In this document: positions 40,638-51,068 of the stretch, in pieces
Position numbering within the stretch: position 1 is the stretch's first letter
Layout: every line of letters starts with the position of its first letter
Translations under genes and position numbers: made by a program
The notes under the pieces: model-generated
The model's database searches: none
The model's input: only the letters and a program-made list of their open reading frames with translations
Told to the model about the DNA's origin: nothing
Source: Bacillus subtilis subsp. subtilis str. 168
Lineage (GTDB): Bacteria; Bacillota; Bacilli; Bacillales; Bacillaceae
Length of the DNA stretch: 64,000 bases
Assembly: GCF_000009045.1 (NCBI RefSeq)
Contig: NC_000964.3
Location: 1,426,001 to 1,490,000 of the forward strand
Direction: 5' to 3'

Positions 40638-41411
40638 TTATTTTCCGATGAATTGTTGTGTCCAGATGCTTCCAGACTCAACGTAACCAACACCGATGTG
40701 AGTAAAGTTAGGGTTTAGAATGTTTTTTCTGTGTCCTTCACTGTTCATCCAAGCTTTTACTACTTCTTCTGGTGTCTTTTGGCCCTTCGCAATGTTTTCA
40801 CCTGCTGTTTTGTAGCTGATTCCGAAAGATTTCATCATATCAAACGGTGAGCCGTATGTTGGGCTTTGGTGATCAAAGTAGTTTTTGTCTTTCATATCCT
40901 GAGATTTTGCGCGTGCAGATTTGCTTAACGTTTCATCAATTTGAAGCGGTTTTAAGCCTTGTTTTTGTCTTTCTGCATTTGTAAGTTCAACAACTTTTTT
41001 CTCATATGCACTTACAGATGAAGGTGCAGACGTTGTTGTGTTTGTTTTTTCAGCAGTTGCGGGTGCTTTAGAAGCAGTGTTTTGATCAGCAGCTGCTTTT
41101 TCAGTAGTCTTTTGTGCAGGTTTTGCCGTTTCTGTCTTTTGAACATCCTGAACTTTCACGTTAGATTGCTTCGCATGTTTTTGAAGAAGCTGCTTCATCT
41201 CTTTTTCGTTTGCAGCGTTTAACGTTTTGATATTTGTGTTAATATGCAGTTTTTTCACTGCATCGTTAAGTGACATGTTTTGTACTGTGTTCCCCGTTTT
41301 TACTGTAACCACAGGCTGGCAGGAGAGTTCTTTCGCTGATGCTTGCTGTACGCCCCCGAATGTGAATAATCCAACCGCAGCGGCAGCAGATAAAATAAAT
41401 GCTTTCTTCAT
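40638..41411 (-). CDS. ykwD: secreted CAP/SCP-domain protein
   Basis: Signal peptide, low-complexity linker, GENIA and WMNSEGHRKNIL. Confidence 0.88.
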   Translation of the reverse strand: MKKAFILSAAAAVGLFTFGGVQQASAKELSCQPVVTVKTGNTVQNMSLNDAVKKLHINTNIKTLNAANEKEMKQLLQKHAKQSNVKVQDVQKTETAKPAQKTTEKAAADQNTASKAPATAEKTNTTTSAPSSVSAYEKKVVELTNAERQKQGLKPLQIDETLSKSARAKSQDMKDKNYFDHQSPTYGSPFDMMKSFGISYKTAGENIAKGQKTPEEVVKAWMNSEGHRKNILNPNFTHIGVGYVESGSIWTQQFIGK

Positions 41412-41747
41412 TAGTTCGTAACCTCCTAGAGTTGTTTGTTTCTACAGAAAAATCATAACATAGCTTTTTTGTCATAAAGATTCCAGCACTTTCCTTTGAC
41501 AAATAGAGATTGTCATTTTCGTAAAGTAAATCCGTTGAATCACTAAGAATAAGGGAATCAGCGGTATATATGATTTTATCGTACCGTTACATAGCTTCCT
41601 TTTTTTTGAACCGTTAGTTATATTTTAATGTGTTTTTATATTGACAGCTTTTTTTACTCCTTTTCGCTGTAACAACTATTACAAAGGTGTTACAATTAAT
41701 CTCAGTATATGTAAATATATTGAATGATTTGAGAGGGGTAACCAGAA

Positions 41748-43862
41748 GTGACTGAAATAGGACGTGAACCAAAGAAAAAGAGCAAAGGAAACAGAGCAAT
41801 CAGAATGAACCTTTTTTTCCTAGCTGTCTTTGTTCTATTCACTGCATTAATTTTTAAGCTCGGGGTTGTTCAAATTGTTGAAGGCGAACAGCATGAAGAA
41901 GACGCTGAGAAATCAAATGCAAAAACAGCTTACTATCCTGCGCCTCGCGGGAAGATGTACGACAGAAACCAGAAAGTTGCTGTCGACAACCAGAGCGTTC
42001 CAGAAATTGTGTATGTATCAACATCTAGCACAAAAACAGAAGATAAAATCAAAACAGCGAAGCGGCTTGCTTCTTTCATTCATATTGATACCGAATTTTT
42101 GAAGGAAAGGGATCTTCGTGATTACTGGATCGCAGCTCATCCGAAAAAAGCCGCCGCTCTGCTTAAGGAATCAGAAAGCAATCTGAAAGGAGACCAGGCT
42201 TACAAGCTTCAAATAGAGCGTGTTCCGGATCAAGAATTAAAGGCTATTCAGCAAGATGACGAAGAAATGGAAACTGCTGCGATATATACAAGGTTTTCAA
42301 GCGGAAATGCTTACGAACCTCAAATCGTAAAGGCAATGAATCCAAATAAGAGCAATAGCAATGGAAAAAACGGAGCGCTGCTTGATGAGAAGAAAAACTC
42401 CTCGCAAAGACCAAAAAATGACTTAACATATGATGAAATTTCCATTGTTTCTGAGCATTTAGAAGAACTTCCGGGAATCGATATCGTAAACGATTGGACA
42501 CGAAAATATCCTTATGACAAAACCCTTTATTCTGTTTTCGGGGGCGTCACGACACCTGATCAGGGCCTGCTGAGCGACCGGAAAGATTTCTACTTAACAA
42601 GAGGCTATGCGAATAATGACAGGGTGGGAAAAAGTTATTTAGAGTATCAATATGAAGAATATTTAAATTCGCATAAAGAAAAAGTGGAATACGTAGAAGA
42701 TAATAAAGGAAATGTCGTCAGCCAAAAAACCATTGATAAGGGCAGCAGGGGATACGATCTTCAGCTTTCTTTTGACATGGAGCTTCAGGCAAAGGTAGAA
42801 AAGATCATTGAAGAAGAAGTAAGAAACAGCCGTGCACGCGGAAATTACATGCTTGACAGAGCCTTTGCCGTAATGATGGACCCGAATAACGGCGATATTT
42901 TATCAATGGCAGGGAAAAAGATAGATTTAAAAACCAACAAAATTGAAGATTATGCGATAGGGGCATTTACCACCCAATATGAAATGGGATCAGCAGTAAA
43001 GGGGGCCACCGTGCTAGCCGGCTATCAGGACGGGATCCCGCATTATAAATATTATATCGATGCTCCAATGCTTTTAGGAACGAATCTTATAAAAAAATCT
43101 TATACTAATATGGGAACCATCAATGAATTAACCGCATTGCAAAAAAGTTCAAACGTATATATGTTCAATGTTGCCATGCATATTGCAGGCGTAACATACA
43201 AGCCGCATGGATCTCTCCCGGCTGATCAGAACGATCTACTGAAAATGAGAAACTATTACAGCCAGTTTGGTCTGGGAGTAAAGACAGGTATTGATCTCCC
43301 GCAGGAATCAGCCGGAATGCAAACCACACCTAAAACTGTAGGAGGATTAATTTTAGACTTAGCAATTGGCCAATACGATACATACACACCGCTTCAAATG
43401 GCTCAATACATCTCAGTAATCGCCAATGGTGGCTATCGTGTTCAGCCTAGAATCGTCACAAGTATTCATAAGCCAGGAAAAAAAGACCAGCTGGGTAAGG
43501 CGATTGAACATAGGAAACCTAAAGTACTCAATAAGATTAATAATTCAGAGAGCGATTTGAAACAAGTACAAACAGGCATGAAATTAGTCACTTCTTCAGG
43601 GACAGCAAAAAATACGTTTACAGAAGATGTATCAGGGAAAACGGGAACAGCGGAAACATTTTACTACGGCACGAATCGCAACTGGTGGGGGAAAAAAACA
43701 TACAATCTGACTTTTGTCGGCTATTACCCGTCGAAAAAACCAAAAGTGGCCTTTAGTGTTGTTGTTCCATCAGTAGATGATGATGATAAGATCAATAAAA
43801 TTATTGCCAAAAGAGCTATCCACGCCTACGCAGAGCTCGAAAAAAAACACAGTAAAAAATAA
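41748..43862 (+). CDS. pbpH: class B penicillin-binding protein
   Basis: TM anchor, APRGKMYDRN; SAVK, SSN and KTG motifs. Confidence 0.92.
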   Translation: MTEIGREPKKKSKGNRAIRMNLFFLAVFVLFTALIFKLGVVQIVEGEQHEEDAEKSNAKTAYYPAPRGKMYDRNQKVAVDNQSVPEIVYVSTSSTKTEDKIKTAKRLASFIHIDTEFLKERDLRDYWIAAHPKKAAALLKESESNLKGDQAYKLQIERVPDQELKAIQQDDEEMETAAIYTRFSSGNAYEPQIVKAMNPNKSNSNGKNGALLDEKKNSSQRPKNDLTYDEISIVSEHLEELPGIDIVNDWTRKYPYDKTLYSVFGGVTTPDQGLLSDRKDFYLTRGYANNDRVGKSYLEYQYEEYLNSHKEKVEYVEDNKGNVVSQKTIDKGSRGYDLQLSFDMELQAKVEKIIEEEVRNSRARGNYMLDRAFAVMMDPNNGDILSMAGKKIDLKTNKIEDYAIGAFTTQYEMGSAVKGATVLAGYQDGIPHYKYYIDAPMLLGTNLIKKSYTNMGTINELTALQKSSNVYMFNVAMHIAGVTYKPHGSLPADQNDLLKMRNYYSQFGLGVKTGIDLPQESAGMQTTPKTVGGLILDLAIGQYDTYTPLQMAQYISVIANGGYRVQPRIVTSIHKPGKKDQLGKAIEHRKPKVLNKINNSESDLKQVQTGMKLVTSSGTAKNTFTEDVSGKTGTAETFYYGTNRNWWGKKTYNLTFVGYYPSKKPKVAFSVVVPSVDDDDKINKIIAKRAIHAYAELEKKHSKK

Positions 43863-43934
43863 AAAACAGGGTGCACAACTAAAAGATTGTGTGCCCTTTC
43901 TTTTATTCAAAAATTGACGTTCACCATAAGAATA

Positions 43935-43996
43935 GAAGGAGAATACTCATTTTCTAGCGAATCATACTAGGTAAAAGTCAATCTGTATATGTCGAA
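43935..43996 (+). promoter_or_regulatory. sigma-H promoter of kinA with downstream Spo0A box
   Basis: GAAGGA-18 bp-GAAT; TGTCGAA at 43990-43996. Confidence 0.75.
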
Positions 43997-44025
43997 ACAC
44001 GATGATCATGCAAAGGAGGGATTCT

Positions 44026-45846
44026 GTGGAACAGGATACGCAGCATGTTAAACCACTTCAAACAAAAACCGATATTCATGCAGTCTTGGCCTCTAATGGA
44101 CGCATCATTTATATATCTGCCAACTCCAAACTGCATTTGGGCTATCTCCAAGGAGAGATGATCGGATCATTCCTCAAAACGTTTCTGCATGAGGAAGACC
44201 AATTTTTGGTTGAAAGCTATTTTTATAATGAACATCATCTGATGCCGTGCACCTTTCGTTTTATTAAAAAAGATCATACGATTGTGTGGGTGGAGGCTGC
44301 GGTAGAAATTGTTACGACAAGAGCTGAGCGGACAGAACGGGAAATCATTTTGAAAATGAAGGTTCTTGAAGAAGAAACAGGCCATCAATCCCTAAACTGC
44401 GAAAAACATGAAATCGAACCTGCAAGCCCGGAATCGACTACATATATAACGGATGATTATGAACGGTTGGTTGAAAATCTCCCGAGTCCGCTATGCATCA
44501 GTGTCAAAGGCAAGATCGTCTATGTAAACAGCGCGATGCTTTCAATGCTGGGAGCCAAAAGCAAGGATGCTATTATTGGTAAATCGTCCTATGAATTTAT
44601 TGAAGAAGAATATCATGATATCGTGAAAAACAGGATTATACGAATGCAAAAAGGAATGGAAGTCGGAATGATTGAACAGACGTGGAAAAGGCTTGATGGC
44701 ACACCTGTTCATTTAGAAGTGAAAGCATCCCCGACCGTCTACAAAAACCAGCAGGCTGAGCTGCTGCTGCTGATCGATATCTCTTCAAGGAAAAAATTCC
44801 AAACCATCCTGCAAAAAAGCCGTGAACGATATCAGCTGCTGATTCAAAATTCCATTGATACCATTGCGGTGATTCACAATGGAAAATGGGTATTTATGAA
44901 TGAATCGGGAATTTCCCTGTTTGAAGCGGCTACATATGAGGATTTAATTGGCAAAAACATATACGATCAGCTGCATCCTTGCGATCACGAGGATGTAAAA
45001 GAGAGAATCCAAAACATTGCCGAGCAAAAAACAGAATCTGAAATTGTCAAGCAATCCTGGTTCACCTTTCAGAACAGGGTCATCTATACGGAGATGGTCT
45101 GCATTCCGACGACCTTTTTTGGTGAAGCGGCCGTCCAGGTCATTCTTCGGGACATCTCAGAGAGAAAACAAACAGAAGAATTGATGCTGAAATCGGAAAA
45201 ATTATCAATCGCAGGGCAGCTCGCGGCGGGAATCGCCCATGAGATCCGCAACCCTCTTACAGCGATCAAAGGATTTTTACAGCTGATGAAACCGACAATG
45301 GAAGGCAACGAACATTACTTTGATATTGTGTTTTCTGAACTCAGCCGTATCGAATTAATACTCAGTGAACTGCTCATGCTGGCGAAACCTCAGCAAAATG
45401 CTGTCAAAGAATATTTGAACTTGAAAAAATTAATTGGTGAGGTTTCAGCCCTGTTAGAAACGCAGGCGAATTTAAATGGCATTTTTATCAGAACAAGTTA
45501 TGAAAAAGACAGCATTTATATAAACGGGGATCAAAACCAATTAAAGCAGGTATTCATTAATTTAATCAAAAATGCAGTTGAATCAATGCCTGATGGGGGA
45601 ACAGTAGACATTATCATAACCGAAGATGAGCATTCTGTTCATGTTACTGTCAAAGACGAAGGGGAAGGTATACCTGAAAAGGTACTAAACCGGATTGGAG
45701 AGCCATTTTTAACAACAAAAGAAAAAGGTACGGGGCTTGGATTAATGGTGACATTTAATATCATTGAAAACCATCAGGGAGTTATACATGTGGACAGCCA
45801 TCCTGAAAAAGGCACAGCGTTTAAAATTTCATTTCCAAAAAAATAA
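44026..45846 (+). CDS. kinA: sporulation histidine kinase with three PAS domains
   Basis: RBS AAAGGAGG, GTG start; AHEIRNPL, GTGLGL; no TM segments. Confidence 0.96.
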   Translation: MEQDTQHVKPLQTKTDIHAVLASNGRIIYISANSKLHLGYLQGEMIGSFLKTFLHEEDQFLVESYFYNEHHLMPCTFRFIKKDHTIVWVEAAVEIVTTRAERTEREIILKMKVLEEETGHQSLNCEKHEIEPASPESTTYITDDYERLVENLPSPLCISVKGKIVYVNSAMLSMLGAKSKDAIIGKSSYEFIEEEYHDIVKNRIIRMQKGMEVGMIEQTWKRLDGTPVHLEVKASPTVYKNQQAELLLLIDISSRKKFQTILQKSRERYQLLIQNSIDTIAVIHNGKWVFMNESGISLFEAATYEDLIGKNIYDQLHPCDHEDVKERIQNIAEQKTESEIVKQSWFTFQNRVIYTEMVCIPTTFFGEAAVQVILRDISERKQTEELMLKSEKLSIAGQLAAGIAHEIRNPLTAIKGFLQLMKPTMEGNEHYFDIVFSELSRIELILSELLMLAKPQQNAVKEYLNLKKLIGEVSALLETQANLNGIFIRTSYEKDSIYINGDQNQLKQVFINLIKNAVESMPDGGTVDIIITEDEHSVHVTVKDEGEGIPEKVLNRIGEPFLTTKEKGTGLGLMVTFNIIENHQGVIHVDSHPEKGTAFKISFPKK

Positions 45847-45856
45847 AAACAACGGC

Positions 45857-47038
45857 TTAAACGCCGTTGTTTATCGTCTGCATTGCTTCACGTTTTTTTA
45901 ATACAAATAATTCTAAACGGTCTAGGCCTTCTCTCAGCGTGTCCATTGAGCATGCAAAAGACAGCCTTACATATCCTTCACCATATGTTGAGAACGAGCT
46001 GCCCGGCACGAGTGCCACGCCAGCGTCTTCCAAAAGAGCCATACTAAAATCAAATGAAGTCATTCCAAATGATTTAATAGAAGGGAAGATATAAAACGCA
46101 CCGGACGGTTTAACTACGTCAAGTCCCATGGAAACAAGACGGTCATAAACATAGTCCAGACGTTTTTTGTATTGTTCTCTCATAATCAATGCATCGTCAA
46201 AGCCGTTTGTGACAGCTTCAAGCGCGGCTTTTTGAGAAATGGATGAGGCGCACGACACATTGTATTGATGAACCTTTAAAATGTGCTTTGCAATGTCTTT
46301 CGGTGCAAATAAAAATCCAATTCTCCAACCGGTCATGCTGTGTGATTTTGACAACCCGTTAATGACAATCGTTTGATCCCGCAAATAGGTTGCGATGGAG
46401 TAATGCGGTCTGTCATATGTTAATTCACTGTATATTTCATCAGACAATACGAAGACATTTCTGCCTTTTAAGAGAGCTGCGATGCTTTTCAGTTCTTCTT
46501 CAGATAAAGTCACGCCGGTAGGGTTTGACGGATAAGGAAGCACGACACACTTGGTGTTGGGTGTCAGAGCATCTTCAATCAGCCGGGCGGTAAGCTTAAA
46601 GCCGTGTGACGTAGTATCAACAATGACAGGCTTGGCCCCGCACAAATTGATAATAGGTTCATAGCCCGGATAAATAGGCCCTGGCATAATGACTTCATCA
46701 CCGGGAGATAAAATCGTCCGGAATGCAGCATCAATGGCTTGGCTTGCGCCTGTTGTGATGATAATTTCAGATTCAGCATCATAGTTGAAATCCGCTTTTT
46801 TCTTCATATAAAGCTGCACAGCTTGTCTCAGCTCCAGGTAGCCGGCATTCGGAGTATATGACGTCACGTTTTCATCAATGGCTTTTTTTGCGGCAGCTTT
46901 CACATGATGCGGTGTGAAAAAATCAGGCTGGCCGATTGTAAGTGAAATGACGTCTTCGTGTTGGGCTACAAGATTCGAGAATTTGCGTATTCCTGAAATT
47001 TCGATCTCTCTTGCTTTCGGATTCAGCAAATGTTCCAT
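45857..47038 (-). CDS. dapX: PLP aminotransferase (N-acetyl-diaminopimelate aminotransferase, PatA)
   Basis: PSNPTG, SDEIY, SKSHSMTGWRIG. Confidence 0.88.
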   Translation of the reverse strand: MEHLLNPKAREIEISGIRKFSNLVAQHEDVISLTIGQPDFFTPHHVKAAAKKAIDENVTSYTPNAGYLELRQAVQLYMKKKADFNYDAESEIIITTGASQAIDAAFRTILSPGDEVIMPGPIYPGYEPIINLCGAKPVIVDTTSHGFKLTARLIEDALTPNTKCVVLPYPSNPTGVTLSEEELKSIAALLKGRNVFVLSDEIYSELTYDRPHYSIATYLRDQTIVINGLSKSHSMTGWRIGFLFAPKDIAKHILKVHQYNVSCASSISQKAALEAVTNGFDDALIMREQYKKRLDYVYDRLVSMGLDVVKPSGAFYIFPSIKSFGMTSFDFSMALLEDAGVALVPGSSFSTYGEGYVRLSFACSMDTLREGLDRLELFVLKKREAMQTINNGV

Positions 47039-47239
47039 AATTCATCACCTTAACAAATATAATGAGTTTATCCTATTTTACCACTAGCTGATCATTTGTC
47101 ACCTTTTTAACTGATATATTTCGATTGTATGCGCCTTTTTTCTAAACATACCTTTCTTTTCAGAAAAAAAGAAGACAACCAGCGATTTGATTGTCTTTAT
47201 TGTATCATGTTCTATTATTGTTTATATGTGCCAATTTCA

Positions 47240-47401
47240 TTAATAGCCATAATCAAAATGAAGGTCTTCGTGCCAAATCAGATACGGAGGATGCTCTTCT
47301 TGAAGGTCAGCTGATTCTTTCTTCATATTCAGGTAAGTTTCTTCACTGATATCCTCTAAAACAGTCATTTCGTTTTCTTTAAATATTACTAAGGTACCCA
47401 T
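47240..47401 (-). CDS. ykzT: 53-aa acidic protein (below the ORF-track cut-off)
   Basis: RBS GAAGGG; [23 protein letters not shown]...[13 protein letters not shown]; terminator at about 47163-47200. Confidence 0.75.
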
Positions 47402-47538
47402 TATTTACACCCTTCTTTGGAAAAATCCTTGACTATTTTATCACTGTTAGTTGGAAAGTCAATGGTTATTAGGAAAAAAGTTTCTTTTTTGAGGAACGCG
47501 GCTTGTTGCCTTCGGAATTCGATTTTGAAGAGCTGCCA

Positions 47539-47565
47539 TTCACTTTTTACAAATTACGCCGATAT
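47539..47565 (+). promoter_or_regulatory. sigma-D promoter of cheV
   Basis: TTCA-15 bp-GCCGATAT. Confidence 0.75.
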
Positions 47566-47604
47566 ATACAGTACAATACTGAATGCGAATAGCGAGGGAT
47601 TGAA

Positions 47605-48516
47605 TTGTCGTTACAACAATACGAAATTTTATTGGATTCTGGTACAAATGAATTAGAAATTGTGAAGTTTGGCGTGGGTGAAAATGCTTTCGGAATTAAC
47701 GTCATGAAGGTAAGAGAAATTATTCAGCCTGTCGAGGTGACATCAGTGCCTCACTCCCATCAGCATGTAGAAGGAATGATTAAACTCAGAGGAGAAATCC
47801 TCCCTGTGATCAGTCTCTTCTCATTTTTTGGAGTAGAGCCTGAAGGATCAAAAGATGAGAAATATATCGTGACTGAATTTAATAAACGGAAAATTGTTTT
47901 TCATGTCGGCTCTGTTTCTCAAATTCACAGAGTATCCTGGGAAGCGATTGAAAAGCCGACATCGTTAAATCAAGGAATGGAGCGGCACCTTACCGGTATT
48001 ATTAAGCTCGAAGACCTGATGATCTTTTTGCCTGACTATGAAAAAATTATTTATGACATTGAATCAGATTCAGGTGTTGACACGTATAATATGCATACCG
48101 AGGGCTTCGATGAAAGAAGAACTGATAAAAAGCTTATCATTGTAGAGGACTCACCGCTTTTGATGCGCCTCTTGCAGGATGAATTAAAAGAAGCAGGGTA
48201 CAACAATATCGCTTCGTTTGAAAATGGAAAAGAGGCATATGAATACATTATGAACCTTGCTGAAAACGAAACTGATTTATCAAAACAGATTGATATGATC
48301 ATCACTGATATTGAAATGCCAAAAATGGACGGACACAGGCTCACAAAGCTGCTGAAGGAAAATCCGAAAAGCTCAGATGTGCCGGTTATGATTTTCTCAT
48401 CGTTAATTACGGATGATCTGCGTCACCGCGGCGAAGTTGTAGGCGCAGATGAGCAAATCAGCAAGCCTGAGATCAGTGATTTGATTAAAAAAGTGGATAC
48501 GTATGTTATTGAATAA
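47605..48516 (+). CDS. cheV: CheW-receiver fusion chemotaxis protein
   Basis: [12 protein letters not shown] CheW domain; VEDS and [10 protein letters not shown] receiver domain. Confidence 0.95.
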
Positions 48517-48559
48517 ATAAAAACAGCCGTTGCCAGAAAGAGGCACGGCTGTTTTTATT

Positions 48560-49024
48560 TTAAAAGTAACTCTCGCCAAGTTTTTTAAAGACCGGTTTAT
48601 GGTAAGCTGGCTGCTGGCGATTTGGCACTAGCGGCTTTTCTTTCATGCCGACATATTCTTGCAATAGGTGTTTCGCTTTTGTTAAAGACATTTGAGCTTT
48701 AGGATTTCGATACGATTGATTAAGTGTACCTAAATGCGGAAGATGTTCGAAGTCTTCTTTAGTTGGAGGCATGTGAAAATAGTAGTCTCCGATTGAGATA
48801 AGCACGTCCGATTGCTGTTGGCTGAACCTTGGATTTTTTGAAAAATGAAGCCCTATTTTCTTTCCTTTACCTTCTTTGACAAGCTTTTGCAAAGCCCGTT
48901 TTTTCAGCAGATATAGGTATTTAGGGTTGGGGGCGGTTTTTGCATGGCGGTTCACAGTGTAAACTGCTTTTGAAAGATTTTCTACGGTTGGCTGCAGATC
49001 TTTCGTATATGCATGGTCGTCCAT
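48560..49024 (-). CDS. ykyB: YkyB-family protein, function unknown
   Basis: AVYTVNRHAK, YYFHMPP motifs. Confidence 0.85.
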   Translation of the reverse strand: MDDHAYTKDLQPTVENLSKAVYTVNRHAKTAPNPKYLYLLKKRALQKLVKEGKGKKIGLHFSKNPRFSQQQSDVLISIGDYYFHMPPTKEDFEHLPHLGTLNQSYRNPKAQMSLTKAKHLLQEYVGMKEKPLVPNRQQPAYHKPVFKKLGESYF

Positions 49025-49149
49025 TATTTCTCTCCTTTGCTCTTATCAATTTCTATATGTTTAGATTATACTTTTTTAAAGTTGAAATGCAAATATTGAA
49101 TGTAAAAATGCGCTTTTTTCTAAGAAAAAAAGCGCATTTTTAACCTGCA

Positions 49150-50442
49150 TTATACAGATCTTGCCTTCTTTTTCGGCTGTTCTTGAAATGCTTCCTGAAC
49201 ATTCACTTCCACAGCCTGAGCACTGTATTTTGGCAGTGCAATAAAATAAAAAATAAAAACGAGCAGGATAATAACACCCATGCCGTAATAAAGATAATCA
49301 ATGTTTGAAACAAACTTAGGGAATAACAGCGCGACTAAGCCGAGTGTCAAAGATTGTGCAAACATCATAAAAGGGTCCTGCATGCCGCTTACACGTCCCA
49401 TCAGTTTTGGATGAACAATTTTTGGCATCCACCCTCCGATTGCAATGTTGATCGGTCCGATACACATTCCCAGTGCAAAAGCTGCCGCGTAATACACCCA
49501 TAAAATATTGGTGTAGCCGAGGACGAAGATCAGCAAACCTGCAATGAAAATCGGTATCGACATTAAAAAGTGCGGCTTCACTTTTTTAGAGATGAGCGTG
49601 CCGATTACGCTTCCTGCCAGAAGCCCAAACCCGAGTGCGATCGTAAATACAGACGTATGCCACTCATAACGGTCAGGCGCCAATCCATATTTCATTGTAA
49701 ACATCGGCAATACGGCGAATCCTCCATTGACAAATCCAAAAATGAAGAAGCCAAAAATAAGAGATGCCAGCAATTTGTTTTTTAAAATATAGAGGATGCC
49801 TTCTCTAAAGTCATTTATTGAATCCTTAACAGAAGTCTTTCTCCAGCTGAATGCACCGTTTGGCTGTCGGGCTTCTTTTGGAATCCGGCAGCTGCGGATC
49901 AGCAGCCCGGAAATGATAAAGCTGACAAAATCAAGAATAATGGCGCCTTCAATACCGATTGTGTTGTACATAAACGCGCCTATGCCGACTCCAAACACCA
50001 TAAAAATGCTAAAAAGCATCTGATTAAGCCCTGCCGCTTTCGCATAATGCTCCTTCGGCAGAATGGCTTGTACCAAACTGTTTTCTGCCGGAAAGAAAAA
50101 CTTTGTTACAGCGCTTCTGATAAATAAGATACAAAAAACAAGAGGAATATTGCCGGTAAATAAAGTGAAAAAAAGCACGACAGTCAGGCCTGCTCTGATC
50201 CAATCACAATTTTCTGCCACCTTTTTTCTATCAAACCGGTCCGCGACGACTCCCACGATCAGAAATACAAATATGGTCGGAAGAGAATACATCAGCTCCG
50301 CCAAGGTCGTATATGAAGGCTGGCTGCTGAATCGGTCCAGCAAAAAAAAAGCAAAGGCCATGTTGCCTACTGTCGTGCCCATTTGAGAAGCGAGTGCTGC
50401 GAAAAATAGACGAACAAAATTACGATTTTTAAATATATCCAT
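49150..50442 (-). CDS. ykuC: MFS efflux transporter (macrolide/H+ type)
   Basis: GVVADRFDRKK motif A; 12 TM segments. Confidence 0.88.
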   Translation of the reverse strand: MDIFKNRNFVRLFFAALASQMGTTVGNMAFAFFLLDRFSSQPSYTTLAELMYSLPTIFVFLIVGVVADRFDRKKVAENCDWIRAGLTVVLFFTLFTGNIPLVFCILFIRSAVTKFFFPAENSLVQAILPKEHYAKAAGLNQMLFSIFMVFGVGIGAFMYNTIGIEGAIILDFVSFIISGLLIRSCRIPKEARQPNGAFSWRKTSVKDSINDFREGILYILKNKLLASLIFGFFIFGFVNGGFAVLPMFTMKYGLAPDRYEWHTSVFTIALGFGLLAGSVIGTLISKKVKPHFLMSIPIFIAGLLIFVLGYTNILWVYYAAAFALGMCIGPINIAIGGWMPKIVHPKLMGRVSGMQDPFMMFAQSLTLGLVALLFPKFVSNIDYLYYGMGVIILLVFIFYFIALPKYSAQAVEVNVQEAFQEQPKKKARSV

Positions 50443-50517
50443 AAAAACGCTCCTTACCCTAAAGGTCCCACTTTATCATATTATAAACCGCCTGTTTTTG
50501 AAACAAATAAGAAAACA

Positions 50518-51012
50518 TTACCGGTTAATCGTGACTCTCGTTCCGTTTGGCACAATTGAAGCAAGTTCGATCACGTCTTTGTTATGCATGCGAATGCAGC
50601 CTTTAGAAACAGCCTTACCAATCGAAGCGGGATTATTCGTCCCATGTATTCCGTAGTGCTGCTTTGAAAGGCTCAGCCAATAAGCGCCAAATGGGCCGCC
50701 GGGATTGCGCTGGCGGTTAATAATGTAAAACTCGCCAGTAGGCGTTTGCGTTAGTATTTTACCAACGGCGATGGGATAGGTTTTCATTACCCGATTATTT
50801 AGGGACAGCGTAAGGGTCTTCGCTCCGATTGAGACTGCGATATGATACGGAATTGTATAAGGGTCCGGCAGTCCGGGGATGACTATGGACTGTCCCGCGG
50901 TGAGCCCTGCCTGCAGTGACGGATTAGCCTGGAGTAATGCAGCCGTGCTGATTCTGAAATCAGCCGCGATGCTGTTCAGTGTATCACCTTGCTTCACCTG
51001 GTACGTAAGCAG
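50518..51012 (-). CDS. ykuD: LysM + L,D-transpeptidase
   Basis: Lys[10 protein letters not shown]; HGT...SKGCIRM catalytic motif; probable CTG start. Confidence 0.92.
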   Translation of the reverse strand: MLTYQVKQGDTLNSIAADFRISTAALLQANPSLQAGLTAGQSIVIPGLPDPYTIPYHIAVSIGAKTLTLSLNNRVMKTYPIAVGKILTQTPTGEFYIINRQRNPGGPFGAYWLSLSKQHYGIHGTNNPASIGKAVSKGCIRMHNKDVIELASIVPNGTRVTINR

Positions 51013-51068
51013 TTTCCTCATCCTCCTTTTTTACTTATAAGTATTGATGAGGAGCCCATCCTGCTACA

